A stretch of 64,000 nucleotides of DNA from Corallochytrium limacisporum Hawaii (Eukaryota > Protista > Pluriformea). The position numbers and the translations under genes were made by a program. This document shows, piece after piece, positions 43,716-53,415 of the stretch. How positions within the stretch are numbered: the stretch's first letter is position 1; each line of letters opens with the position of its first letter. Under the pieces are notes generated by a model, which searched no databases, had not been told where the DNA came from, and saw nothing but the letters and a program-made list of their open reading frames with translations. Location: NCBI GenBank assembly GCA_002811645.1, contig PDIP01000014.1, positions 62,001 to 126,000 on the forward strand. Reading direction: 5' to 3'.

Positions 43716-46322
43716 TTAGGTGGCAAGGTCATCATCGTTGGAACCAAAGAAGCGATCACCCGTCCGGGCGCTCATGTAATCGAGGACCGATTCAGGGTCG
43801 CGCGGCGCGGGGGCATCGCCTTGCAGAATGAGACTCGTCTGCAGCTGCTTAAGTGCGTAATTGTATCGCCGTAACAATCCTTCCGGCCAGGTGGCCGGCA
43901 GCAGGTCATCCAACCGGTGGAGACCGTGCGCGCTGACCTCGCGCGTCATGCGGCGCAGGGCCTTGGCCTTGGCACCACGCTCCACAATGGTATAGGCATG
44001 GCCGGACCGGCCGGCACGAGCAGTACGCCCGACGCGGTGCACGTAGGTCCGCACATTGGTCGGCGTGTCGTAGTTTATGACATGCTCAATGCCCGTCACG
44101 TCTAAACCGCGGCCTGCCGCGTCGGAACTGACGAGGACGGAGAATTCGCCTCCCTTGAAGCCGCGAATGAGGCGCCGCCGCTCGTCGCCGGACAGGGCCG
44201 ACGAGAACCCGGCCACAGTCTCGACGCCGAGGGCCCTGAGTAGGAGGCACAGGCGTTCCGTAGCTGACACGCTCGTGGTAAAGACTATGGTCCGCTGGCC
44301 GCGGCACCGATCCTGCAGAATTCTCAGTAGGGCCAACGGCTTCATATTCTCCCCCTCCACCGCAACGACGTACTCCCGCAACGACGCAGGCGTGGTCATC
44401 TTGTGGTGGTTCTGCTGCTGGGGAGCATTGTTCAAGGAGCTGAAGAACACGGGATGATGCAGGTCCATTACGCTCAGTTTCTCAATGTCGTTCGTCAGGG
44501 TTGCACTCAACAGAATTTTTTGCATCTGTGTTAAATGGATGAGAAAAAGGGAACCAGAGTGTTAGTTGGATCAGTTGGTCTTTGTCAGGGTGTCAGTTTT
44601 TAAAGTGTGGGATGGTCGGCACACAGGACGATCAGGGGAAACAGGATACAAGTCAGCGGGGATAGATAGCCACAACCGAGTGTTAAAACACCCTTCGGAA
44701 ACGAGGAATCCTTACCAGATTTCATCATTCAAGATCCCGTGTTGAGTCGTGTGTGTCCGCCATCCGGCCCCCATCGCTTTCCTCCAGGTCAGGGAAAAGC
44801 AGAGGCCCCGGGGGAAGAGAGGAGGGCCCCCGGGCGGGCAAAACCAAATAGCGTTACTTACCGATTGCAGGGTCGCAGTGCTCAAAAATTCACCAGGCTG
44901 GTCCTGTGCGCACCGCCGGTGGGCATGTGCACTCTTGAACGCCTTGGCTAGCCAGCCTTGGTACGACTGGTTCAGCACACGGTCTGCCTCGTCGACCACA
45001 AAGTACCGCAGATCGGCAAGCGAAAAGCCGTCCGTCTTGGTCAGGTGATCCACAAGGCGACCCGGTGTGCCAATCAGAATGTCGACCGCGGACGAAGGTG
45101 TGGCGGTGTCGGTGTTGTTCACCAAAGCCCTTTGTTCCTTCGCCAGCGTGTTGATGCCCGTAGCCATTCCAATCTGTTGGGTTTGTAAAAGAAAAACAGA
45201 GAAACAAGGGAGGGTACAGGGTTAATAAAGATTCTCTCGAGCCAAAACGGAAAACGGACAGGAACCAAAAAGAAAGGGAAAAGAACAAGGCATCTCTTTT
45301 TGCCCGTGTCATTCTCCTTCTCCTCCCAAAAAAACTGTGTGGGTTGTTTTGTGGTTGTTTGTCAGTCGTTGTGTAAATTTCTGGCACGATTTACCCAATG
45401 GGCTGGTGTGCCAGCAGAAGTTTTTCTTGATTCAAAAATGGAACCAAAGTCTTCATTCATAGCAACAACCACAAGCAAACAAAGCCAAAAAGGCAATAAA
45501 CGGATACTTACCCTTAGGGATGTGGACTGGGCGAGTGCGTCAAAGACTTCACGCGCTTGGGAAGCAAGTTCTTTGGTCGGAACCACAATGAGGGCCCGCA
45601 GCTTGCGCACCGTCGACTGTTTGACCAGTGCGCTCACAATGGGCGCAGCGTACGCCAGCGTTTTGCCCGAACCAGTCGGTGCAAGAATGCAAATGTCGTT
45701 GGGTGGATAGTACAGCTTGAAGCTCTGGAGCACTGCCGGTATGACCGCACGCTGGACCGGAAACAAGCCCTCAAAGCCACAGCCCACCTTCATGTTGTGC
45801 TCCACGGTCGGGTGCAGACCAAGGCCATCGTACGACTCGGCCCGGACCGAAGCGTCCTCAAGTGCCTCCAGTGAGCAGTCGACGAGGTGCGGATCCCGCA
45901 TCCATTGCGGTACCACGGCCGTCGCCGCCGCCAGGGATTCCTTTCTGGAAACTTTCTCATTCTCATCCTTCAACCGGCCCAGGGGCTTTGTTGTCGTCGC
46001 TGTGGTCCGCATTGGCATTTGCGGCGAGTCGTGGCCGTCACGGTGGTGGTGGTCGCCGTCGTCTTCGTCAAGTGCCATAGGGTCGCCTTTCGTTGGTCGA
46101 TCGGTGTGCTCTTCCTCCTCACTGGCTTCCGGGACAGTCTGTGGTCTGTCATGTGGCTCGACAACTACCACGCGCTGGTCCCGTTGCCGCCGCTGTTGGG
46201 CTTGTTGCACAAGGTCCCGCAAACGATTTTGTTTCACCGAAGGGTCCGGTTCTGTTTCCGGGTCCGACAGGTCCGCCGGCAGACCTGCATAATTCAATGC
46301 CGTGAAAACAACAGCGGTGGCA

Positions 46323-46359
<37 letters not shown>

Positions 46360-46501
46360 GTGGCGGCGGCGGCGGCAACACGTTATTTGTCTCGACTGCC
46401 CCGCGCGACGCATCAGCTGCATGGAGATCTTCTTGCTGTCGCCTGCGCGCTTGGCGCAGTAGGTGCTTTAACCGCCCGTACCGTGCCCGATCACGGTCCA
46501 T
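43716..46501 (-). CDS. DDX51: DEAD-box RNA helicase DDX51/Dbp6, three exons: join(46501..45512, 45173..44862, 44525..43716)
   Basis: FPVQ, APTGSGKT, PTKELA | TPGRLVDH, DEADR | SATL, RGLD, HRVGRTARAG. Two phase-0 GTAAGT..CAG introns restore SLR|IGMATG and LQS|MQKILLSAT, giving 703 aa. Confidence 0.92.
44526..44861 (-). other. Spliceosomal intron 2 of DDX51 (336 nt)
   Basis: GTAAGT donor at 44861, ACTAAC branch-point candidate, CAG acceptor ending at 44526. Removing it preserves the frame. Confidence 0.88.
44641..44740 (-). ncRNA. Intronic box C/D snoRNA, snR57-like (predicted guide for the 18S Gm1572 equivalent)
   Basis: Box C ATGATGA (44728-44722). Guide GGATTCCTCGTT (44711-44700) is complementary to 18S AACGAGGAAUUC, followed by T and D' CCGA. 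Second guide ATCTATCCCC followed by G and box D CTGA (44656-44653). External stem ACGGGAT/ATCCTGT. Confidence 0.75.
45174..45511 (-). other. Spliceosomal intron 1 of DDX51 (338 nt)
   Basis: GTAAGT donor at 45511, pyrimidine tract, CAG acceptor ending at 45174. Removing it preserves the frame. Confidence 0.88.
45349..45474 (-). ncRNA. Candidate intronic box C/D snoRNA, target unassigned
   Basis: 11-bp terminal stem TTGTGGTTGTT/AACAACCACAA encloses a variant C box (ATGAAGA, 45456-45450) and box D CTGA (45365-45362). Internal CTGGCAC/GTGCCAG hairpin. Confidence 0.5.
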
Positions 46502-46764
46502 GGCTGTCTTGTTTGCTGTGCTGCTTTGTCTTTACTACACTCTGGGAAGTATCTGACTTCCATGAAGCACCTTCAAGACCACCCCCCCAAACAAAACATT
46601 AAACAGGGGGTGGGGGCGCCCTGTGTGATTGGCCCCCCCCCCCTCTCCACATGGCGAAGCCGTGCAAACCAACTCTCCACACACACACACACATAGCTTC
46701 CCCCCCCCCCAACGCCTGCGTGTCCGGGTTCCCTTACTTCTCTCCCCATTCTCCCGGCTACGTA

Positions 46765-46868
46765 CCACACACTCCCGCTCGCAGCTCCTGCAACCATTGC
46801 TCCGGTTCAACCACACACTCCCGCTCGCAGCTCCTGCAACCATTGCTCCGGTTCAACCACACACTCCC
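46765..46868. repeat. Tandem repeat, 46-bp unit, about 2.3 copies
   Basis: CCACACACTCCCGCTCGCAGCTCCTGCAACCATTGCTCCGGTTCAA at 46765 and 46811, partial copy at 46857. Confidence 0.92.
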
Positions 46869-47022
46869 ACAACCCCTACCCCAACGGCTCAACCCCCTCC
46901 CCCACTCTGCCATGCAGCAGGCTCTCTGCCTGCCCACACTCACCCAACCCAAAAAAAACGGCTCCCCCAGCAGTATATAACACTATTTTCCAACCCCTCT
47001 ACACAACAACTTGTGATCGCCC

Positions 47023-47096
47023 GCCTCCGTGGCGCAATCGGCTAGCGCGTTCGGCTGTTAACCGAAAGGTTCCTGGTTCGAATCCAGGCGGGGGCG
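47023..47096 (+). tRNA. tRNA-Asn (GTT)
   Basis: Acceptor stem GCCTCCG/CGGGGGC, anticodon arm TTCGG-CTGTTAA-CCGAA, T-loop GGTTCGAATCC, downstream T-run. Confidence 0.96.
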
Positions 47097-48387
47097 TTTG
47101 CAAGCTTCTTTTTTTTGCACTTTTTTTGCATGTCACACTTCACACTTGACATGAACATGCATCCTGTGAAGTTTCAGCTCTCTATCATGACTTTTCATGT
47201 TCGAGATCGGCCCAGATCCATCCGCGCCATGCCCATAGTTTCACTATGGGGCGTCTCTCCCCCTCCACCTCGCCCGTACGTTTACTATAGTGCGGGGACG
47301 GAAACCAAAAAAAGAAACAAGATAAAAACAAGGGGGGAAGGTCGTCTGGCTCAATGCTCTTCCAGCGGACCAGCCCCGCGGTTTCTTGCGACTTTTGCAG
47401 GTTCGTATACTATGGGGTTCGGAGCCAAAAAGAAGACTCGAGCTTTGGGAACGCTAACGGACACGGAGCATCCAGCCACCCCACACGCACGCACACACAG
47501 AGGCACCACCTTTACTGATCTCTTTGGCATGCTCAGGACATTTGCAGCAGATACATTTCCGGCACCCACCTTATGAACCAAAGATCAGCTGGGCAGGGTA
47601 CATGCCATTGAGTCAACTATGGTCGTAGCGGGCATTAGCTGATCTCATTGGCACCGGTACATTCACATCCAAGCTATGCACTGACTGACCATCTGGCTCA
47701 AGAACGTTGCGCGCCTGAGAAACATCGTGTCATGCCTCGTTGCGTGTGTTGTGCTTTAACCGCCCATTTGCAGAGGACGTGAGTACAATCAACTCGGTGC
47801 TTTAAAACTGCACGACCCGATTTCACGTCCCAACTTTTCCCTTTCTTCCGCCTTGGGTGCGCCGCCCCCCTTTGGAACACAAACTCTTCGCGCGTTTTGG
47901 TGAAACGGGGACGGGGGGAAGGGCGGAAGGTTTTGGGCTGTGGAAACGCCCCTTCTCTAATTGATCAAATGCGGACAGAAAAAGGACCGGGTGGGTGTGT
48001 GCGTTCGGTTGGGCCTTTGGTGTGAAAAGGGGGGCAGCAAGACCGCGGGTCTTCATGATGGCACATCGTTGCACACACACACACCCACACTCACACACAC
48101 ACACCCACACCCACACTCACACACACACACATATATATATGCATACAGCTCACAAAGCTTTTCGAAAGCATGCCCATTGCATTGGACACTTATTTACAGG
48201 ACACGAGGATCAATAGGGAATTACTGCCAGGACGCAGACCCACGTTTCCTGAAACCAAGCCAAGGTACAAGAAAAAGAATTGGGCGCAAAGCAAGTGCAT
48301 TACACTCGTACCAAACGTTTTCTATTAAACTGACAAAATGTAGTCCTTTCAATTCTGAAAAAAAATAGAGAAAGAGACCACGCACAG

Positions 48388-50322
48388 ATGGGGATCGAAA
48401 TATTGCCCCTGGGTGCCGGGCAGGACGTGGGCCGCAGCTGCATCCTGGTGCGCTTCAACCGCTCGGTGCAGGGCGGCGGTAGACAGACATGGGCCCGGGA
48501 AGATCCGCCCCACCAGCACCAGCACCATTCCACCCAGTCATCCAGCACCGCCGCCCGTGTTGGTCGCCGGGAGAGCGCTTTTGACCGGCGGGTCACGACC
48601 GCGGGTCACAGCGAGCCGTACACTGTCCTCCTGGACTGCGGTGCACACCTGGGCCACTCTGGTGATGTGCGTACCTTTCCGGACCTGCGGCCGTACATTA
48701 ACGAGGTTGTGGCTGTCGTGGTCACGCATTTCCATCTGGACCACTGCGGCGCGCTCCCGGTCCTAGTGGGACACTACGGATATCGCGGGCCCATTTACAT
48801 GACCGCACCCACCAAGACGGTGCTGCCCATCCTGCTCAATGACTTTGCCAAAATCATGGCCCGCAAATCACGCAAGCAGTACCAGCAACACCAGCAGCCG
48901 GGTGGGCAGCACCAGGGACCACAGGCCGCTCAACAGTCGGGAACGCCCCGGGGCCGGGACCAAGATCTGCCCACATGCTTTACGCAGGAAGACATTCAAA
49001 GATGTATGGAACGCATCTCGTTGATTGGGCTGCATGAGACGGTCCAGGTACTTCCGGATTTGACCATCAAGGCCTACTACGCCGGGCACGTGCTAGGTGC
49101 GGCCATGTTCTTGGTCAAGTACCGTGGATCGGCCGAGAGCGTGCTCTACAGTGGGGACTACAACCTCACGCCAGAGCGGCACCTGGGCGCAACCGTGGTG
49201 GACCGGTGCCAGCCAACCGTGTTCATCACCGAGTCCACGTATGCCTCCACCATCCGGCGCAACCGATTTGCACGCGAGCACGACTTCCTCAGCAAGGTGG
49301 AACGGTGCATTCGGGCCCAGGGCATTGTACTGATTCCGTGCTTTGCCATTGGCCGCGCCCAGGAGCTGGTTCTGCTGCTGAGCCAGTGGTGGGACCGTCG
49401 AGGCATTGATGCCCCGATCCACGTCTCTTCCGACTTGATGGAAGTTGTCTTGGACTACTACCGCATGTACCAGCAATGGACCCTGGACGGCAATGGTAGC
49501 ACAACCCGAAGCCGCACGACGGGCAGTGGTGGTGGCGACGCCAGCAGCAAGTACGTGCGGCCGTTGGACCCGGACATGGAACTGAAGGGCCCGGCCGTAA
49601 TATTCGCGGCCCCAGGTATGCTGACGGCGGGCACGTCTCTGGCCATCTTCGCGGAGATTGCCGAAGATGAGCGCAACATGGTGGTGATCCCGGGCTACTG
49701 CGTTGCTCACACGGTCGGCGCCAAGTTGTTGCAGGGCCAGCGCGATATCACGCTCCCCGCGACCTTTGACGCGCACGGCCGCCTGGAGCAGCGCACGCTG
49801 AGCGTCAAGCTGAGCGTGGAGAATCTCGCCTTCTCGGCGCACGTGGACGCGCGCGGCATCCTGAGCACCATACGCACTGTGCAGCCGACCAACGTGGTGC
49901 TCGTGCACGGTGATCGCAAGGCCATGAAGTGGATCAAGGACCGGATCTTTCACCGGCTCGGTATCCCATGCTACAATCCACCCACAGGCGTAACCCTCTG
50001 CTTCAGCACCGATGATACCGCCCGCGTTTCCGTGCCGCGGCACCTGCTCTGTGGTCAGGGGAGCGTGCGCGGCCGGCTGGTCACTGGCTACGATGGAACT
50101 GTTGATGGTATCACTCTCATCCCCAATGGTAGTGTGGTACCGCCGTCGTCGATATCAACGACATCAACACCGGCACCAGGGTCAAAAGCAGAGCCACCTG
50201 TGCCGCCCAGAGCAGCAAGAAAGCGTCGCTTTGGTGATGCCAGGCCATCCGATCCACGGCAGCCAGCACCAAAGAAACCCGGAGGTGGTCTTCTCGGCAA
50301 AGCCCCGCCCGGTTACATGTAA
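48388..50322 (+). CDS. INTS11: Integrator endonuclease subunit 11 (CPSF3L), MBL/beta-CASP
   Basis: PLGAGQDVGRSCILV, HFHLDHCGALP, YYAGHVLGAAMF, GDYN..RHLG, ESTYA and FSAHVD, with low-complexity in-frame inserts. Confidence 0.93.
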   Translation: MGIEILPLGAGQDVGRSCILVRFNRSVQGGGRQTWAREDPPHQHQHHSTQSSSTAARVGRRESAFDRRVTTAGHSEPYTVLLDCGAHLGHSGDVRTFPDLRPYINEVVAVVVTHFHLDHCGALPVLVGHYGYRGPIYMTAPTKTVLPILLNDFAKIMARKSRKQYQQHQQPGGQHQGPQAAQQSGTPRGRDQDLPTCFTQEDIQRCMERISLIGLHETVQVLPDLTIKAYYAGHVLGAAMFLVKYRGSAESVLYSGDYNLTPERHLGATVVDRCQPTVFITESTYASTIRRNRFAREHDFLSKVERCIRAQGIVLIPCFAIGRAQELVLLLSQWWDRRGIDAPIHVSSDLMEVVLDYYRMYQQWTLDGNGSTTRSRTTGSGGGDASSKYVRPLDPDMELKGPAVIFAAPGMLTAGTSLAIFAEIAEDERNMVVIPGYCVAHTVGAKLLQGQRDITLPATFDAHGRLEQRTLSVKLSVENLAFSAHVDARGILSTIRTVQPTNVVLVHGDRKAMKWIKDRIFHRLGIPCYNPPTGVTLCFSTDDTARVSVPRHLLCGQGSVRGRLVTGYDGTVDGITLIPNGSVVPPSSISTTSTPAPGSKAEPPVPPRAARKRRFGDARPSDPRQPAPKKPGGGLLGKAPPGYM

Positions 50323-50507
50323 GGACTAAACTAATAGGAAAAGCCGATGGATCTCATCACATCACATCACACACACACACACACAACAACAACAACAGCA
50401 ACGTTAAAGAACCAGATTTGTTTTCAACTATTGAGTTGTTTCCTGCTTTTAAAGACCGAGATATCTCGAGCCCACACAACGGGTTGCTTCGACCACTCTG
50501 CACCGAC

Positions 50508-51053
50508 TCAGTAGCGATGCTGCATAAATGCCATGCCTTCTCCATTGAAGCCGCACTTCTCGTAAAAGCCAACGCGGTCCGTTTTGCAGTCCAGGGTTAC
50601 CTTGTAGGCACCGGCGCGGCGGCACACAATCTTCAGCTGCTCAATAATGATTTTGCCCAGGTACTTTCCGCGTTGTTCGCTGTCAACCACAATGTCCTCA
50701 ATGTGGCCACGCTTGGCAGCGCCGTGGATCAGCTTCTTTTCCACCACTACTGTGCCCATGGCCACCAGCTTACCCGTGGCGTTGTCCTCGAAGGCAATAA
50801 TGTAGTACGTGTCCGGCACCGCCTTCCACTCGTCGAAACGCTTCTCAAACTTTTCCTTATCCAGGTCACCAATGCTGGTCAGCTGTTTCAGCAAAGGGGC
50901 AAGACCGCGGTTAAAGTCATCACGCTTTAGCGGGCGAATGGTGAGGCCATCAATCTTGTGGATGGTCTTGCCCTCGGGGAGGGTAATGTCAATCTTCTCC
51001 TTTTCCAGATCAGCCAGCATGGCAGGATCGAACAGGTACTCTCCCTCACTCAT
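50508..51053 (-). CDS. GNA1: Glucosamine-6-phosphate N-acetyltransferase
   Basis: IRPL..DFNRG..LLKQLT, EKKLIH..GHIEDIVV..RGKYLG and YKVTLDC..FYEKCGF. ATG at 51053. Confidence 0.93.
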   Translation of the reverse strand: MSEGEYLFDPAMLADLEKEKIDITLPEGKTIHKIDGLTIRPLKRDDFNRGLAPLLKQLTSIGDLDKEKFEKRFDEWKAVPDTYYIIAFEDNATGKLVAMGTVVVEKKLIHGAAKRGHIEDIVVDSEQRGKYLGKIIIEQLKIVCRRAGAYKVTLDCKTDRVGFYEKCGFNGEGMAFMQHRY

Positions 51054-52516
51054 ATTTGCGTATGTGTATCGCTTATCGGTTAACACGTATATGGTGCTGT
51101 GCTGAAATGCGTGGCACCTGGTCTTTGGCTTGGTGTTGATCAAGTACCCGCGTTCCCGGCCCTTTCACGAGAGCTTCTCCATCGGACCCGATTTGGGGCC
51201 AGACAATACCACCAAACACGACCACTCCCCCCCCTCCCCCTTCCTCCTGATCGCGTTCTCTTCCTCCGCGGGTTTCCATCCGTACGAGCCTTCCCAATCC
51301 CTGACCAGCCTGCCGGTAGTCAATCAATGGCATTCGTGACTGGACACCTCCTTGTTTTTCCTATTTTTGTTTCCCTTTTCTCTTTCCCCCATTCCCTCCC
51401 AGCTGCTTGGGTGCTGCGTCCCAGAGATGGAAAGGAAGGGCAACTCCCCCCCCCGGGGGGGGGGTCCCAACCAAAGCGAAAAGATGAACGACAGGGACTC
51501 CGGGCTCAGTGGGGAGGTTGTGCGAGGAAAGCGTGGTGTGGGGCGGGTGAGGGAACGATGTGAAGGTGTCCCTACGCCCTCACCGAGGATCACCAAAGGG
51601 GAAAAAAAAAAAAGAAGGGGGGCCCCAGAGCAAAGAAAAAGAAAAGAAACACGGTCGCGCAATGCAGAAGTGCGAGCAAGGGTGGGTGGTGTAAATCCAT
51701 TACAAAATATTAAAGAGGAACACACCCCAGGCCCCGGCGGACGGGAAGCGCACACCACAAAAGACCACAACACAAAAGCCCGGGACTGGGGGACGAACAG
51801 CACCGAATTCCTGGCCGGCACGGCCCACACGCGCACCGACAAACACATCCCAAATCGCTCCAACCGAACTGAGGAACATGGGGGAAATTAGCATGGGTCG
51901 AAACCAAAGAGGATGACAATGACCTGCTCTCTATCTCTGTCTCTCTGTGTGTGTGTGTGCGTGTCTCTCTCTCACTCTGTCTCTTCCTCTAATCCATCTC
52001 CCACGTTCGTTTGTGCCGGAGTGTTGTATGCGTGCCCTTCTATATTCATCTCAATATTTTTATAATGGATTTGTACACCGCCACCCATCCTCCTTCCCCT
52101 TTTGCTCGCGCTTGCCCCTTGCGAAGGCCGAGGCCCGAGCACAAGTGTGTGCCCGTTGTACGTGAGTGAGAGAGTAGGCACACTAGCAACCGGCCCCCCC
52201 CCCCCTTTATTTCTTTTTCTTTTTTTTTTCTGGGTTAGCTTCTGTTTCCCCTCTGTGCCTCTCTCTCGCTCCCACTCTTACCCCATGGCACACCCCGCCC
52301 GCGATATAAATGAGGGCTTCGGGTATCCAATATTGATCATTATTATATTGATTTATATTGGCTGGAGCCCCCTTTCCCGGATGGGGCCCCTTCGGTCCCC
52401 CGCAGGCTCGCTGCCTGCCGCTGCTGCACACACACACACACACACACACAGAGAGCCACAGAGCCACAGCAATCTGTCCGCCCCAGGGGTGGGGGGGAAG
52501 GGACGAGGAGGTTGGG

Positions 52517-52823
52517 NNNNNNNNNNNNNNNNNNNNNNNNNNNNNNNNNNNNNNNNNNNNNNNNNNNNNNNNNNNNNNNNNNNNNNNNNNNNNNNNNNNN
52601 NNNNNNNNNNNNNNNNNNNNNNNNNNNNNNNNNNNNNNNNNNNNNNNNNNNNNNNNNNNNNNNNNNNNNNNNNNNNNNNNNNNNNNNNNNNNNNNNNNNN
52701 NNNNNNNNNNNNNNNNNNNNNNNNNNNNNNNNNNNNNNNNNNNNNNNNNNNNNNNNNNNNNNNNNNNNNNNNNNNNNNNNNNNNNNNNNNNNNNNNNNNN
52801 NNNNNNNNNNNNNNNNNNNNNNN
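52517..52823. other. Assembly gap (307 N)
   Basis: Run of N. Confidence 1.
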
Positions 52824-53020
52824 GAAGTTTCCGGTGCCCCGTGCGTTGGGCCTTGAGTGAGAAGGGGGTTTGTGCTCCCCCCCACCCCCCGGCCTTCCTT
52901 TCTTTTTTCCCTCTCCGAGTTTCTTTTCTCCACTGCGCTTCCCACTTTCTCGACTCAAAACACACATACCGCCGTCTCTCATTTCCACTGGGGTTCCGGG
53001 AGAGAAAACACGGAGCGCGC

Positions 53021-53051
<31 letters not shown>

Positions 53052-53415
53052 GAGAACCACTCCGTCTTCCTTCCTGGCTGGTCGGCGGTGATGCACGTTT
53101 GCCACAGGTCGGTGTCAAAGGAAGCCCCCGGGTGAACGATCCGTGTGTGGTGTGTTTAAGTCTGATTTCGTGCCGTCCTGGCTCTTGTGAGTATCTAGCA
53201 TGGAGTGCTGTCTAGTTAAGTTATGGTTGGTGGTTGTCTTATTTTCTTTTCACCGTAAGTGAGACTCACGTTAATGAATCTGCTTTGCGGAGCACCTGAG
53301 CAAGCGACTAGGACTGGTGTTTGAGCTGTGGTGCTCCAAGCCAGAGGTGTTCAACAATCTCAAACATTAACACACGTGGGGTTAGAACTGCACCAGTGAA
53401 GTGAATCCAAACATA

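Noticed and set aside
51887-51918. ATTAGCATGG...AGGATGACA resembling U6 snRNA
   Set aside because: No ACAGAGA box, wrong spacing, no 5' stem-loop and no T-tract terminator; likely chance.
52102-53215. Long ORFs spanning the N run
   Set aside because: Artefacts of the assembly gap.
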